Source: an archaeon (GTDB taxonomy: Archaea; Nanobdellota; Nanobdellia; Pacearchaeales; GW2011-AR1). Taken from it: a DNA stretch of 64,000 nucleotides. This document shows positions 16,497 to 26,417 of this stretch, in pieces. The position numbers and the translations under genes were made by a program. The stretch spans positions 14,986 to 78,985 of the forward strand of contig JBDRJD010000014.1 in the NCBI GenBank assembly GCA_043815245.1, in the 5' to 3' direction. Below the pieces are notes generated by a model. The model searched no databases. It saw only the letters and a program-made list of their open reading frames with translations, and was not told where the DNA came from. Each line of letters begins with the position of its first letter. Positions within the stretch are counted from its first letter, which is position 1.

Positions 16497-18215
16497 TTAG
16501 CTGTGCTTTTCGGTTTTAGGGTGTTCATGACCCTGCTTTTTTCTTTCTGTTAATGTTTGAATATGCTTATTTTTTTCCTTATCAAACTTTTTTATATCGA
16601 AACCAATCCTCTGAATCATTTCAGAAGCATACTGCCCTCCGAGAAAGTGGGGGGTAAGCACATAGGAAGCACCGGCAGCATAAAGATTAAGAGACTCCTC
16701 AATTTGATGCGCCATCACCATTATAATTGAATTTTGATTTTTCTCTCTAACTTTATTTACGATTAGCATATTTGTATCTTGATTAGGAATTGTAGAGAGG
16801 ATCATCTTTGCCTTGTCTAAATTAATCTCCTTCAAGAATTCTACATCTTCTGCATCCCCATATACGCAGGGGATATTATTATCTACAAGCTTCCTAACCG
16901 TCTCAGGATTGAAATCGACGACTATGTATTTTTTATTTATTTTGTCTAGGGCGCCTAGCAGATTAAACCCTATTCGATTGTAACCGAAAAGGATTACTTC
17001 GTATTTTTGTTTAGCCAGATCTTTTTCCCGTAAAGTGCGTTTTCGCTCAAATAAGGAAAGGGGACTTGAAAGGAGAGGGTATATCTTCCTGGAGTAATTA
17101 ATAAGGTAGGTAGAGGAGATTGTAGTAAAAACAAATACAAGTGTCATCAGGGGAAGGATGTCATATGGTTCAGAGGAAAAGTTACTTAGGACGACTGGAA
17201 GGGAGATAAGAATTATAGAAAATTCAGAAATTTGGCCTAAGCTAATCCCTGTCAGAAAACTACTTCGCTTTTTGTAGCCTAATAACCCCATGGGTAGCAG
17301 AATTATTAATAGCTTGAATAGAAATACAAAAAAAGAGAAGATTAGTGCGGGAACAATCAATTGAGAAAGATTACCCAGTGGTATCTGTAGGCCTATAACA
17401 ATAAAGAAGATGATAATAAAAAAGTCGCGTAGGGGCCTGACTCTTGAAGATATTTCAAAGTGGTAGGGGGACATTGAGAGAGTTATTCCAGCTAGTAGGG
17501 CTCCAATTTCAATAGACTCAAATAAATAAAAGAATAGTGAAGCAAGCATAAAACACCATCCAACTGAAAATAAAAAGAGTAGCTCTTGGTTTTTTGCAAC
17601 AAACTTAGTTATGCCTGGAAGTATGTAAACACTTGCAAAAAACAAACCCAATAGTGTGATTATCCCATAAATAATTGAATTAGGAAGAGGTACATGGCTG
17701 GTACCATAGATTGTTGATACAATCATTAAGATAATAATGACTACTAAATCTTGAAGTATGAGGACTCCTGTTGAAATCTTACCATACATACTTTCTAAGT
17801 CCCCTTTGTCATGAAGAAGTTTCATAACAATTATTGTACTACTAAAAATTAGGGCAATCCCAATATAAGTAGAAGCCAAAAAAGAGAATCCTAAATAATA
17901 AGCAACTAAAAAACCAACTAAAGCGGTACATAGCATCTGTACAAAGGCCACGACAAATGATGCAAAACCAACCTCCTTAAATGAATTGGGGTCAAGGTGC
18001 AATCCTACAATAAATAAAAGGAATGCTACTCCAATATGTGAAAAAGTTAGGACAACTTCACTTTGTGAGATAATTTGTAAAAAGAATGGGCTAATTAATA
18101 TTCCGGTAAGAATATAACCTATTATCGCGGGCTGCTTTAATAATCTCATTAAGAAAGAGATTACAAGGGCGGTTACTAAAACTAAACTCAAGTGGAAAAA
18201 TATATCCTGTACCAT
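16497..18215 (-). CDS. Kef-type K+/H+ (CPA2) antiporter with C-terminal RCK/TrkA-N domain
   Basis: A multi-TM N-terminal exchanger domain is followed by a Rossmann region (ILFGYNRIGFNLLGALDK...VVDFNPETVRKL...YGDAEDVEFL). Confidence 0.7.
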   Translation of the reverse strand: MVQDIFFHLSLVLVTALVISFLMRLLKQPAIIGYILTGILISPFFLQIISQSEVVLTFSHIGVAFLLFIVGLHLDPNSFKEVGFASFVVAFVQMLCTALVGFLVAYYLGFSFLASTYIGIALIFSSTIIVMKLLHDKGDLESMYGKISTGVLILQDLVVIIILMIVSTIYGTSHVPLPNSIIYGIITLLGLFFASVYILPGITKFVAKNQELLFLFSVGWCFMLASLFFYLFESIEIGALLAGITLSMSPYHFEISSRVRPLRDFFIIIFFIVIGLQIPLGNLSQLIVPALIFSFFVFLFKLLIILLPMGLLGYKKRSSFLTGISLGQISEFSIILISLPVVLSNFSSEPYDILPLMTLVFVFTTISSTYLINYSRKIYPLLSSPLSLFERKRTLREKDLAKQKYEVILFGYNRIGFNLLGALDKINKKYIVVDFNPETVRKLVDNNIPCVYGDAEDVEFLKEINLDKAKMILSTIPNQDTNMLIVNKVREKNQNSIIMVMAHQIEESLNLYAAGASYVLTPHFLGGQYASEMIQRIGFDIKKFDKEKNKHIQTLTERKKQGHEHPKTEKHS

Positions 18216-18264
18216 CTTTTATTTTACCAATTTAAAAACTAATTGTGCTTTAAATAGGTTTTCC

Positions 18265-19122
18265 TTAGAATAAAATTGGGGTGATAAACACCTCTATTAG
18301 TGCTGCAAGAAACAAAATGACTACTGCAATTATTATTAGGTTAAGGGCATCTTGAAGGATATTCCAGAAGTATTCACTTCTGGTATCATGCTTTATAACT
18401 GCTACACTAACTATCCCGCCTGCAAGAGCTCCAATAAAGTAGGCTGCAATCTCAGGAAGGCCGTGAATCATGTATCTTGCGAGACCTATGGGCAAACTTG
18501 CAAGTGAGGACCTCGTAAATATGCCTATTGCCGCAGCAATTACACTTGCGTTCCATGCCAGCACAAAAATAGCTCCTGCACCAAATATGAGTGAGAATAC
18601 TAAGGTAAAGATTAACACATAAACATTATTTGCAAATATCATAAACAATTTTTCCTTAGCAGTTAGGAAAGCGGTAGTTCTTGATACTCCCTTCACCCCA
18701 TATTCTGCAACACACTCATTAAAATTTGCTGGCCTATTGATAACACAGTAAGTTTCAATCTGTGCTCTAAAGTTTTGATTTGAAGCAAGAACTATATACC
18801 AAAAGGAAAAGGCGACTATAAAACCGATAAAAAGCCACATTAAAATATGTAAGGCCTTGCTGTGCTCTTTTAGTATTCTGAGAAATCCAGAGTACTCGAG
18901 ATTTTTTTCTTCTTCGTTCTTTAAAACAGCATATACAAACGGTAGAGAGAACATAACAGTGAAGGTTACAATTATCATTCCCGAGTACTTTGCAAGAACA
19001 GCATCTTGACCAAAAATCCAGTTTACCAGGAGTACTGCAAGGGAAGCATAAAATAGTCCTACGAAAAACATTTCCCATGGCTCTCTCTCTGCCTTCTTTG
19101 GGCTCAAAAGCATCTCTAACAT
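18265..19122 (-). CDS. SpoIIM-like (DUF95) integral membrane protein
   Basis: A multi-TM protein with the conserved HGLPEIAAYFIGALAGG segment typical of the stage-II-sporulation-M family. Confidence 0.45.
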   Translation of the reverse strand: MLEMLLSPKKAEREPWEMFFVGLFYASLAVLLVNWIFGQDAVLAKYSGMIIVTFTVMFSLPFVYAVLKNEEEKNLEYSGFLRILKEHSKALHILMWLFIGFIVAFSFWYIVLASNQNFRAQIETYCVINRPANFNECVAEYGVKGVSRTTAFLTAKEKLFMIFANNVYVLIFTLVFSLIFGAGAIFVLAWNASVIAAAIGIFTRSSLASLPIGLARYMIHGLPEIAAYFIGALAGGIVSVAVIKHDTRSEYFWNILQDALNLIIIAVVILFLAALIEVFITPILF

Positions 19123-19185
19123 GCTCCAAGTAAGAAAAGCACATATTTAAACTTTAGTAAGTTTTTTATACACTAAAACATTATT

Positions 19186-19920
19186 TTGAATATGGGAAAA
19201 GAGGTAGCGATACTTATTGTACTTGTGATAGTTGTAATAGGGGTAGTACAATATTTTGTTTTATTTGGAAATGGGGAGGATGCTCCAACAATTAATCAGA
19301 GTGGGGGGGAGGAAATTCAAGTTTGGGATGTCAATTTGAGTGTTGAGGAAAATCAGACCGGAGCTGTAAACCAAACTGGGGGATCTAACCAGACACCCGA
19401 GTCTAATCAGACACTCCAAGAAGAAAGCGAGGTAATAGAAATAAGATACTTTTCCCTTTATCCGGGAGAGGGGAGCTATGAATACTTTATTATAAATAAC
19501 TCTGGGAAGTTTGTAGGAATAACTAGCAAACCTGCAAGAGTATCGGGGGGATCTGCGCCAAAAAAAGTATATAATATAACTTTTGATGAGCTTTGGAATT
19601 TATACCAGAGAATAGGGGGCAGAGGATTTTGGACATTGGATACTGAATATTGGCCTTCTTGGAATTCTAGTTATTCATTTGGGAATAGTTCTTTAATTAG
19701 TGTTAGGGGGGAAGGAGATTACAAGGAAGTGGATGTATTTGATGGTTTAGGGCCCGGAAGGTATTATGAGGTGGTTACTGAGATAATGGCAGAGTTTCCA
19801 ATGGAAGTAGACTGTGCATTAGAGCACAACGATGATTTCCCAAACGATAATCTAGATAATGCTCCTTGCCCTGATAACTGGTATTACTTTAGGTATAGAG
19901 GATATTGTGTTTGTCTTTAA
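19186..19920 (+). CDS. Hypothetical membrane-anchored extracellular protein with tandem NQT sequons
   Basis: Has an N-terminal TM helix, then ENQTGAVNQTGGSNQTPESNQT (four N-Q-T sequons with 5-7 aa spacing), and a Cys-rich C-terminus. Confidence 0.4.
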   Translation: MNMGKEVAILIVLVIVVIGVVQYFVLFGNGEDAPTINQSGGEEIQVWDVNLSVEENQTGAVNQTGGSNQTPESNQTLQEESEVIEIRYFSLYPGEGSYEYFIINNSGKFVGITSKPARVSGGSAPKKVYNITFDELWNLYQRIGGRGFWTLDTEYWPSWNSSYSFGNSSLISVRGEGDYKEVDVFDGLGPGRYYEVVTEIMAEFPMEVDCALEHNDDFPNDNLDNAPCPDNWYYFRYRGYCVCL

Positions 19921-19921
19921 A

Positions 19922-20731
19922 ATGAATAAACAAATGATTTTTGATGGGATTTGCAGAGATATTAAAAATGTGAAGATTCAGGGTGCAAGGAATATTGCTA
20001 AAAGGGCTCTTTATGCTTATAACTTGGTTCCTACAAAAGCAAGTAAAAAAAAGCTTATTTCACTTAGGCCTACAGAACCGATGTTAGAAAATGTTTTAGA
20101 TTTGGCTGAAAAAAAAGAGTATAGAGAAGTAAAGAAACATTTCGATTTTGCACAATCAAAAATAAATAATTATTTTTTAAAGTTAATAAGAAAGAATGAA
20201 ATTATTTTTACACATTGCCATTCTACAAACGTGATTAATGCGCTGGTTTATGCAAAGAAGAGGGGTAAGAGTTTCCAAGTGTATAATACTGAGACTAGAC
20301 CTTTACTCCAAGGTAGAAAAACGGCAAAAGAATTAAGAAAAGAGGGAATAAAAGTAACTATGTTTGTTGATTCTGCTATAGGGATCGCCTTAAGTGGAGA
20401 ACAAGGACTAAAAAAAGTTGACAAAGTCTTCCTAGGAGCAGATGCTATTTTACGAAAAGGTGCAATCAACAAAGTTGGAAGCGAGGTCATAGCTCAAGTT
20501 GCAAAAAACCAAAAAATTCCAGTTTACGTGGTGGCTGATTCATGGAAGTTCACTAAAAGAAAAGTTCCAATTGAGCAGAGAAAGTTGAATGAAGTGTGGG
20601 ATCTTGCCCCAAAAAGTGTAAAGATAAAAAACCCCGCCTTTGAATTTGTAGATAAGAAATACATTAAGAGCATTGTATCAGAGCTAGGTGTGCTAAGCTA
20701 CTCTAATTTCTTAAGTAAGGTTACTTCTTAG
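19922..20731 (+). CDS. eIF-2B alpha/beta/delta-family protein (candidate ribose-1,5-bisphosphate isomerase)
   Basis: Start moved to MNKQ. FDGICRDIKNVKIQGARNIAK and the C-terminal GADAILRKGAINKVGS fit the eIF2B-like / MTR-1-P isomerase fold. Confidence 0.5.
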   Translation: MNKQMIFDGICRDIKNVKIQGARNIAKRALYAYNLVPTKASKKKLISLRPTEPMLENVLDLAEKKEYREVKKHFDFAQSKINNYFLKLIRKNEIIFTHCHSTNVINALVYAKKRGKSFQVYNTETRPLLQGRKTAKELRKEGIKVTMFVDSAIGIALSGEQGLKKVDKVFLGADAILRKGAINKVGSEVIAQVAKNQKIPVYVVADSWKFTKRKVPIEQRKLNEVWDLAPKSVKIKNPAFEFVDKKYIKSIVSELGVLSYSNFLSKVTS

Positions 20732-21101
20732 CTGTTTGAGCTTTTTCTATTAGCTTTAGGAGCTCTGAATTCACTTTTTCAATTTCATTGAAAAGCTCAA
20801 CTCTTAAATTCCCCAATTTATTAACTTGATCTAAAACTATCTCTTTAGCTTCTTCTGGAGTTTTTTTAACTATTACCCCTGAGCCTATGTTAACAAATAA
20901 CTTTTTATCTTTAACTTCAGATTTAACAAAAACTCCCCGCCCTAATGGGGCGAGCATTTCTCCCTCTCCTTTAAACTTATCTAAATTCAAAGAAAAAATC
21001 TGCAATTCATTAATCTGCTGTTCAACTAGATTAATTTGCTTCTCAATCTCTTGGGATTGTTGTTCTAGGAGGCTTAATTGTAGGATATAGTTTTCTTCCA
21101 T
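20721..21101 (-). CDS. pfdA: Prefoldin alpha subunit
   Basis: 126 aa with coiled coils flanking two beta hairpins (GRGVFVKSEV...VNIGSGVIVKKT). Confidence 0.65.
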   Translation of the reverse strand: MEENYILQLSLLEQQSQEIEKQINLVEQQINELQIFSLNLDKFKGEGEMLAPLGRGVFVKSEVKDKKLFVNIGSGVIVKKTPEEAKEIVLDQVNKLGNLRVELFNEIEKVNSELLKLIEKAQTAKK

Positions 21102-21102
21102 T

Positions 21103-21651
21103 TTAAACTACTTTTAAAATTTTTCTTAAAAGGCTATTAAATATTATAGATGCGATAATATAAAACCATAGCCAGTGTAAAAATCCGAAGAATTTTGGAT
21201 TTCCGGCTGCATTAAAAAAGTCATGGAACCATCTAAAGAAGAGTATCAGAGGGATACTAGTAAATATGAGGGGACGCATAGTAAGTTGCATAGTTTTTGG
21301 AATTATTTCTAACTGCTTTTTTTGAATTTCGAGTAACTTTTCTGGATGACTTTTATACTTCTTCATTTCTTCTTGAAGGAGTTTTTGTTCTTTTTTTAGC
21401 TCGCGAAGGGTTTCCTGGTCAGTAGTGTACTTTTGAAATAAAACTATTACTAAAGCAATAATAAAAATAATTATCAACATGCCAATAGTGAGGTCCCACT
21501 CCAGAAGAATACCTACACTGGGATCAAGAGCTAAATGTGCAGTTTCCTTAATAATGGAAAAGTTGTTCCATAAGGAAGCTATAGCCAAGGATACAATCAT
21601 AATGATAAAAATGAGCTTGAAACTTCCTTCTTTTCCTTCTTTGTTCATCAT
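21103..21651 (-). CDS. DUF106-family membrane protein (archaeal Oxa1/EMC3-like insertase candidate)
   Basis: It has 3 TM segments with a central charged coiled coil (KKEQKLLQEEMKKYK...LEIQKKQLE) and sits immediately downstream of secY. Confidence 0.4.
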   Translation of the reverse strand: MMNKEGKEGSFKLIFIIMIVSLAIASLWNNFSIIKETAHLALDPSVGILLEWDLTIGMLIIIFIIALVIVLFQKYTTDQETLRELKKEQKLLQEEMKKYKSHPEKLLEIQKKQLEIIPKTMQLTMRPLIFTSIPLILFFRWFHDFFNAAGNPKFFGFLHWLWFYIIASIIFNSLLRKILKVV

Positions 21652-23042
21652 GCCATCACCTTCTTCAGAGCAGGGTGCATGTCTACGGCGTGCTGCTGAG
21701 CTATATTTTGGTAAAATTGATAGGATATCATCACTGCAAGTAAAATGGCGGTGCCACTTGTTAATGCCCCGAATAAGTCGGCTGCAGCTGCAAGTAATCC
21801 TATGGCGGCGCCGCCCATAATTGTAAGGGGCAAGATATATCTTGAAAGTACAGACTCCAGTATTCTTTCGTCTTTTCTAAATCCTGGAATTTGTAAACCA
21901 GATGACATAATATTATGTGCTTGAGAAGAAGCATCCATCCCAGAAGTCTTAACCCAGAAAATAGCAAAAACAGTTGAGAAAACCATGTAAAAAAGTATAT
22001 GGAAAATTCCTTGGAGTAACATTCTGGCTTGTAAGCTACCTGTTATAGCAGATTCAACTAGATTAGAATTTCCAATCCAGTAGGCAAATCCTGCAATAGG
22101 AGTTCCTTGAGAGAAAGTACCAAGAAAAGTTGCATGGCCAAGCCAGTTTTCTAAAAGGCCTGCAAAAAGTTGAAGGTTAGCTGAAAGAGCGGCTACTAAA
22201 ATTACAGGAATAACAGAAGCATAAAAAAATGCTAAAGGCCATTTTAAGCCGTATCCCCTTAGTCTATCGAAGCTTAATGGGACCTCTACTTTTAAACTCT
22301 GGGCCCATACAACAACTGCGAATATGATTACTGTGACTAAAATTACTGCAAAAGCTTTTAGTGCTTCTGTAGGTGCATTATTTACTACACTTTGTATAAT
22401 CACTAAGATCTTTCCTGCACAAGCGATACTTCCTTCTCCTGAGAATTTAAGGAGGCAGTTTCCGCCTTGCACCCCTATAAACTGGAAGAGACCTGTGAAT
22501 AATCTCCATCCTACTCCTGCAAGAATAAACAAGCTTACACCAGAACCAAAACCCCATTTAGTAGTTAACTCATCCATAAACACAATTGCGAGGCCGCCTA
22601 AAACCAGTTGGAAGATAACAATACCAGTAAAACCAGGCATGGCTTGTAACCCTCTCATTAAAACATATACTGCTGCCTCAAATAAAATAAAGAAGAATAC
22701 CATCAGCTTTTGTAAGCTTTGAAAGTATTTTTTACCTTCACTGGAGGTTAGATCAATATCTAAAATCTTACTTCCAACTAACAACTGAAGTATAATCGAG
22801 GCCATAACGATTGGGCCTATACCTAAGGAAATGATACTACCAAAGTCTGTTCCAAGAATAATCGCTAAGTACTGGAACCTTTCCAAAGTATTGGCCGCTA
22901 ATCCATAAAGGGGGATATTAGCAAGAATAAAAAAAGCGACTAGAGTTATAAGAGTCCACTTAAGCTTTACATTAAAGCTTAGCTTTTTTTCAGTGGGCCC
23001 CTTTACTTCAGGGAGATTGTGTAATATATCCTTAATAGGCAT
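21648..23042 (-). CDS. secY: Preprotein translocase SecY
   Basis: A 464-aa, 10-TM protein that sits at the end of the ribosomal protein operon after L15. Confidence 0.9.
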   Translation of the reverse strand: MPIKDILHNLPEVKGPTEKKLSFNVKLKWTLITLVAFFILANIPLYGLAANTLERFQYLAIILGTDFGSIISLGIGPIVMASIILQLLVGSKILDIDLTSSEGKKYFQSLQKLMVFFFILFEAAVYVLMRGLQAMPGFTGIVIFQLVLGGLAIVFMDELTTKWGFGSGVSLFILAGVGWRLFTGLFQFIGVQGGNCLLKFSGEGSIACAGKILVIIQSVVNNAPTEALKAFAVILVTVIIFAVVVWAQSLKVEVPLSFDRLRGYGLKWPLAFFYASVIPVILVAALSANLQLFAGLLENWLGHATFLGTFSQGTPIAGFAYWIGNSNLVESAITGSLQARMLLQGIFHILFYMVFSTVFAIFWVKTSGMDASSQAHNIMSSGLQIPGFRKDERILESVLSRYILPLTIMGGAAIGLLAAAADLFGALTSGTAILLAVMISYQFYQNIAQQHAVDMHPALKKVMA

Positions 23043-23043
23043 T

Positions 23044-23457
23044 TTATTTTACTAGAGTTATTTTGGCGCCAGCTTTTTCAATTTTTTGAATAGCTGATTT
23101 TGAAGCTGCCGAAGCAGTTATAGTAATTTTTTGCTTAATTTCCCCAGTTCCAAGTACCTTGTAACCCTTTAAGTTAACTTCAGTTGCACCTTTTTTTAAA
23201 TTTCCTTGAATTTGTTGAAGATTAATTGACTTAAACTGTTTTTTTCTAGCTTCTCTTTTTCTGATTTTAGAAGCTTTCTTACCAAAGTAAGGATATTCAT
23301 ATTTAAGAACATATGTTTTCTTTTGATCTCCTCTCTTGCCGGTGCCAGCCATGCCCTTACCCCCATGGCTCCCTTTACCCTTATGTTTTTTCTCAGAGTA
23401 TCCGTGCAATCTTGTCCCACGCATTCTTTTTGCTTTCTTTTTCTTTTTAAGTTTCAT
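23044..23457 (-). CDS. rpl15: Ribosomal protein L15 (uL15)
   Basis: Has KRMRGTRLHGYS and a G-rich loop (GKGSHGGKGMAGTGKRGD). Start set at MKLKKKK so that it abuts the L30 stop. Confidence 0.85.
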   Translation of the reverse strand: MKLKKKKKAKRMRGTRLHGYSEKKHKGKGSHGGKGMAGTGKRGDQKKTYVLKYEYPYFGKKASKIRKREARKKQFKSINLQQIQGNLKKGATEVNLKGYKVLGTGEIKQKITITASAASKSAIQKIEKAGAKITLVK

Positions 23458-23458
23458 C

Positions 23459-23881
23459 TTATAACATCCTTTCAATTAATTTATTTATCTCTTTATTTTC
23501 ACCTAAGACGCCTTTTGGGTAGTGGAGCTTACTCTTTATCCCTCCCCGGGGCGGATGAAGTCTAAAAAATGGTTTGAGGTTGTAGGTTTGCATTTTTTTG
23601 TCAACTTTAGCATTAAAGATCTCTTCAGAAAGCTTCTCAAAATCTACTTTCTTTTTTTTGTCAATGATCACTCCTCTCTTCTCCAGTAATTTTTTGAGAG
23701 TAGATTTATCAATCTTGCCATAAGAGACAAAGTCTCTTATCATCTTTAGCATCCCTAGAGTTTCTGGTTTTTCGTGTAAGATAACGCAAGTATATTTGTG
23801 TCTAAGTCTAAGTCTATAGAGTGTGTTCTTAACTTCTTCAGGAATTTTCACCCTTCCTCTAATCCTTATTATTGCAATCAT
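23459..23881 (-). CDS. rpl30: Ribosomal protein L30 (uL30)
   Basis: Begins MIAIIRIRGRVKIPEEVKNTLYRLRLRHKYTCVIL. Confidence 0.85.
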   Translation of the reverse strand: MIAIIRIRGRVKIPEEVKNTLYRLRLRHKYTCVILHEKPETLGMLKMIRDFVSYGKIDKSTLKKLLEKRGVIIDKKKKVDFEKLSEEIFNAKVDKKMQTYNLKPFFRLHPPRGGIKSKLHYPKGVLGENKEINKLIERML

Positions 23882-24585
23882 TTTATAAACTCATTAGTTT
23901 TCTTTAAAGCTTCCATTGTGGCTTTAGCCAAGTTTATGGTTGTTTTTGTCTGTCCAAAAGTTTTTCCGTATACATCTTTTATCCCTGCAAGCTTTAAGAT
24001 TTTTTTTACTTCGTCCCCCACAACTAAGCCAGTTCCTTGAGGGGCAGGTTTAAGAATTATTTTTGAGCTGCCACACTTTCCGCCAACTTCAAATGGAACG
24101 CTGTGAGGTTCACTACAAGAACAATCAAAGCTCCCGCAACCACGTTGGATTTTGATGATCCCTAATTTAGCATTTCTAAGGGCCTTATTTCTTGAAGGGA
24201 GGGTCTCTTTGGATTTTCCGTAGCCCAACCCCACATGGCCACTTTCATCCCCTACCACCGCCATTGAGGCAAATGTTGGCACATTGCCTTCTGCAGTTTT
24301 CTTCTGCGTCTGGCGCCAGATTCTCCTTTTTCCTCCGCCAAACTTGCCTTTAGCTTGTCCAATAAAGAGGAGCTCTGATTTTAGTTTTATAAGCGAGTCT
24401 ACGATTTCTGCCTCTAGTATTTTATAATTACCTATGACATAATCTATATCTGTAACTTTTTTCTCCTTCACAAGCTTGCCAATTTTAGTTTTTGGTTGCC
24501 AAGAAGCAATTTGGTCTTTCTGCCTTTCTTCTTCTTTCTTTTTCCTAGACTCTTCTCTCATCTTTCTTTTTTCTCTTTCATTCAT
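23878..24585 (-). CDS. rps5: Ribosomal protein S5 (uS5)
   Basis: The S5 dsRBD and C-terminal domain are present, and operon position fits. Confidence 0.85.
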   Translation of the reverse strand: MNEREKRKMREESRKKKEEERQKDQIASWQPKTKIGKLVKEKKVTDIDYVIGNYKILEAEIVDSLIKLKSELLFIGQAKGKFGGGKRRIWRQTQKKTAEGNVPTFASMAVVGDESGHVGLGYGKSKETLPSRNKALRNAKLGIIKIQRGCGSFDCSCSEPHSVPFEVGGKCGSSKIILKPAPQGTGLVVGDEVKKILKLAGIKDVYGKTFGQTKTTINLAKATMEALKKTNEFIK

Positions 24586-25075
24586 TTTTAATCTTCTCCT
24601 TTATTTTATTAAACTCGCTTGAGACGCCTTTCTTGAGGTGCTTCCCTAGAATTCTTTCTTCTGGAGGGAACTTCTCCTTATCACACCTAAGGTTTAACCC
24701 TCCATCTACAATTCCGTTTAGAAACGCAAAGACTCTGGACTTTTGGATATTTCTTATCAAACCAAGGTCAAATATGGCTTCAACCTCTCCATGCTTTTCT
24801 TTTATTTTTTTACTCAAAAGAAATCCGGTAAGATAACAAGCAGGAATAGATTTTAAGCTTCCTTTAGCCTCACTGGGCCACCCATAGGAGAGCAAGTCCT
24901 TAGAGGTCACGGACATGAGGACTGAATCCTGGGCGTTTTTGCTCTGGACATACTGGCCGTTAACATAGAGATTAGATTTTCTAAAAACTATTCTTGGAAG
25001 GGGAGATTTTAGTAAGTTGAGCCTAGCCCTATAATCTGTTTTACTTTCTCTCCTTCTTCTTTTGGTTACTCTCAT
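24578..25075 (-). CDS. rpl18: Ribosomal protein L18 (uL18)
   Basis: Begins MRVTKRRRRESKTDYRARLNLLKS. Confidence 0.85.
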   Translation of the reverse strand: MRVTKRRRRESKTDYRARLNLLKSPLPRIVFRKSNLYVNGQYVQSKNAQDSVLMSVTSKDLLSYGWPSEAKGSLKSIPACYLTGFLLSKKIKEKHGEVEAIFDLGLIRNIQKSRVFAFLNGIVDGGLNLRCDKEKFPPEERILGKHLKKGVSSEFNKIKEKIKNE

Positions 25076-25473
25076 TTTGACTTCATTACCTCCCTTAGAT
25101 GAGATTTGCTTCTAAATTGTTTGGATTTTATTTTTTTCCTAATTTCTGAAAGTTCTTCCTTACTTAACTTTCCTTGTTTTCTAAGCTCAGAAGAATAATT
25201 TCTTAACTTCCTAGTAAGTTTAACATAATCTTGCTTTTTTTTGTTTACTTTCTTTTTGATTTTTCCATCTCTTATTTTAGTTTTTCGCTTTTTATTTTTT
25301 AACCTTCCTTTTTTCTCCCTTATTTTGATAGCCCCAGACTTTTTTAAATCACGAATATCCTGGGCAGTAATTGCTTCTTTTATTTCTTCTAAACGTGAAA
25401 TATCTAAAATTACTCTTTTCAAACCCACATTAAGTACACTTGCAGCAAGCTCTTTCTTCTTTTTTAAATTCAT
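25072..25473 (-). CDS. rpl19e: Ribosomal protein L19e
   Basis: Begins MNLKKKKELAASVLNVGLKRV and has a basic tail. Confidence 0.85.
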   Translation of the reverse strand: MNLKKKKELAASVLNVGLKRVILDISRLEEIKEAITAQDIRDLKKSGAIKIREKKGRLKNKKRKTKIRDGKIKKKVNKKKQDYVKLTRKLRNYSSELRKQGKLSKEELSEIRKKIKSKQFRSKSHLREVMKSK

Positions 25474-25880
25474 TTCTTTTCCTCCTTCTTAACATCCTTA
25501 TTAGATTTTTTGTCTTTGATAGTTGAATCTTTCTTTTTGTTTTCTTCCTTTAATATTCTTTTAATATTTAAGTTCTGAATAATAAAGTTTTTTTGGGTTG
25601 CGATTCTAGCAATCTCAATTTTCTTCTTTTTACCCATTTTCCCCAGGTTCACCACTTGGCCCTTATTTATCTTCTGAGCCTCTGCTAAAGTTCGGATGGT
25701 TATTCTTTTCTCATTTGAATTTTTATTTTTATGCCCAATTGAAACTATTCCTGACTTCCCTCGGACCTTCTCACGCATCTTATTATCCCTCCCCTTTGGT
25801 TTTCTCCACTTCTGCATTTTTTTCCTACCTTTACCCAGTCTTGCATAATTTTTCCAGTTTCTTCTTAAAAACTTCTTCAT
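25470..25880 (-). CDS. rpl32e: Ribosomal protein L32e
   Basis: The L32e-like KFLRRNWKNYARLGKGRKKMQKWRKPKGRDNKMR is present. Confidence 0.8.
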   Translation of the reverse strand: MKKFLRRNWKNYARLGKGRKKMQKWRKPKGRDNKMREKVRGKSGIVSIGHKNKNSNEKRITIRTLAEAQKINKGQVVNLGKMGKKKKIEIARIATQKNFIIQNLNIKRILKEENKKKDSTIKDKKSNKDVKKEEKK

Positions 25881-26416
25881 TATAACTTCCTCCCGGGTTT
25901 TTCTGTAATAAATATCCCATCCTGGAAGATTCTCCTGTCCCTTCCTGTAACCCTTGTGGCTGTTTCTATATTTGCTGCTGTTTGTCCAGCTGGTTCTATG
26001 TTATTCGAGGATACTGTAATATTTTCATTCTCGACTTTTACTTCTACCCCTTCAATTATTTTTGCTTTTCTTGGAGTGGCTTCACCTAAGAAGTTTTTAA
26101 TTATAAAATTCGGTCCTTCAACTGTGGCAGTAATTGGAAAATGAACAGAACAAATCTTCAACTTGTAAACAAACTTTTCTGTAAGTCCTCGGACCATATT
26201 TTTTATATGCGCTTTAAAGGTCATAATGAGTTTTTTCTCTCTTTTTGTACCCTTCTCAGTGTACAAGATTAATTTTCCATTATTCCTTTTTATGGAGATG
26301 CCTTCAAATTTTCTTACAGCCTTATTCCCTTCTTTCTCGATAGTTATTTGGCCACCTTCAATTGAGACATTCACGCCTTCGGGAATTTCAAGTTCTTCAG
26401 TGATTTTGTGTTTCAT
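25880..26416 (-). CDS. rpl6: Ribosomal protein L6 (uL6)
   Basis: Two L6 repeats are present, and operon position fits. Confidence 0.85.
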   Translation of the reverse strand: MKHKITEELEIPEGVNVSIEGGQITIEKEGNKAVRKFEGISIKRNNGKLILYTEKGTKREKKLIMTFKAHIKNMVRGLTEKFVYKLKICSVHFPITATVEGPNFIIKNFLGEATPRKAKIIEGVEVKVENENITVSSNNIEPAGQTAANIETATRVTGRDRRIFQDGIFITEKPGRKL

Positions 26417-26417
26417 T

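Noticed and set aside
18767-19144. A 125-aa ORF overlapping the SpoIIM-like gene on the same strand in another frame
   Set aside because: Its composition is Cys/Arg-rich nonsense. The alternative frame carries the conserved membrane-protein motifs.
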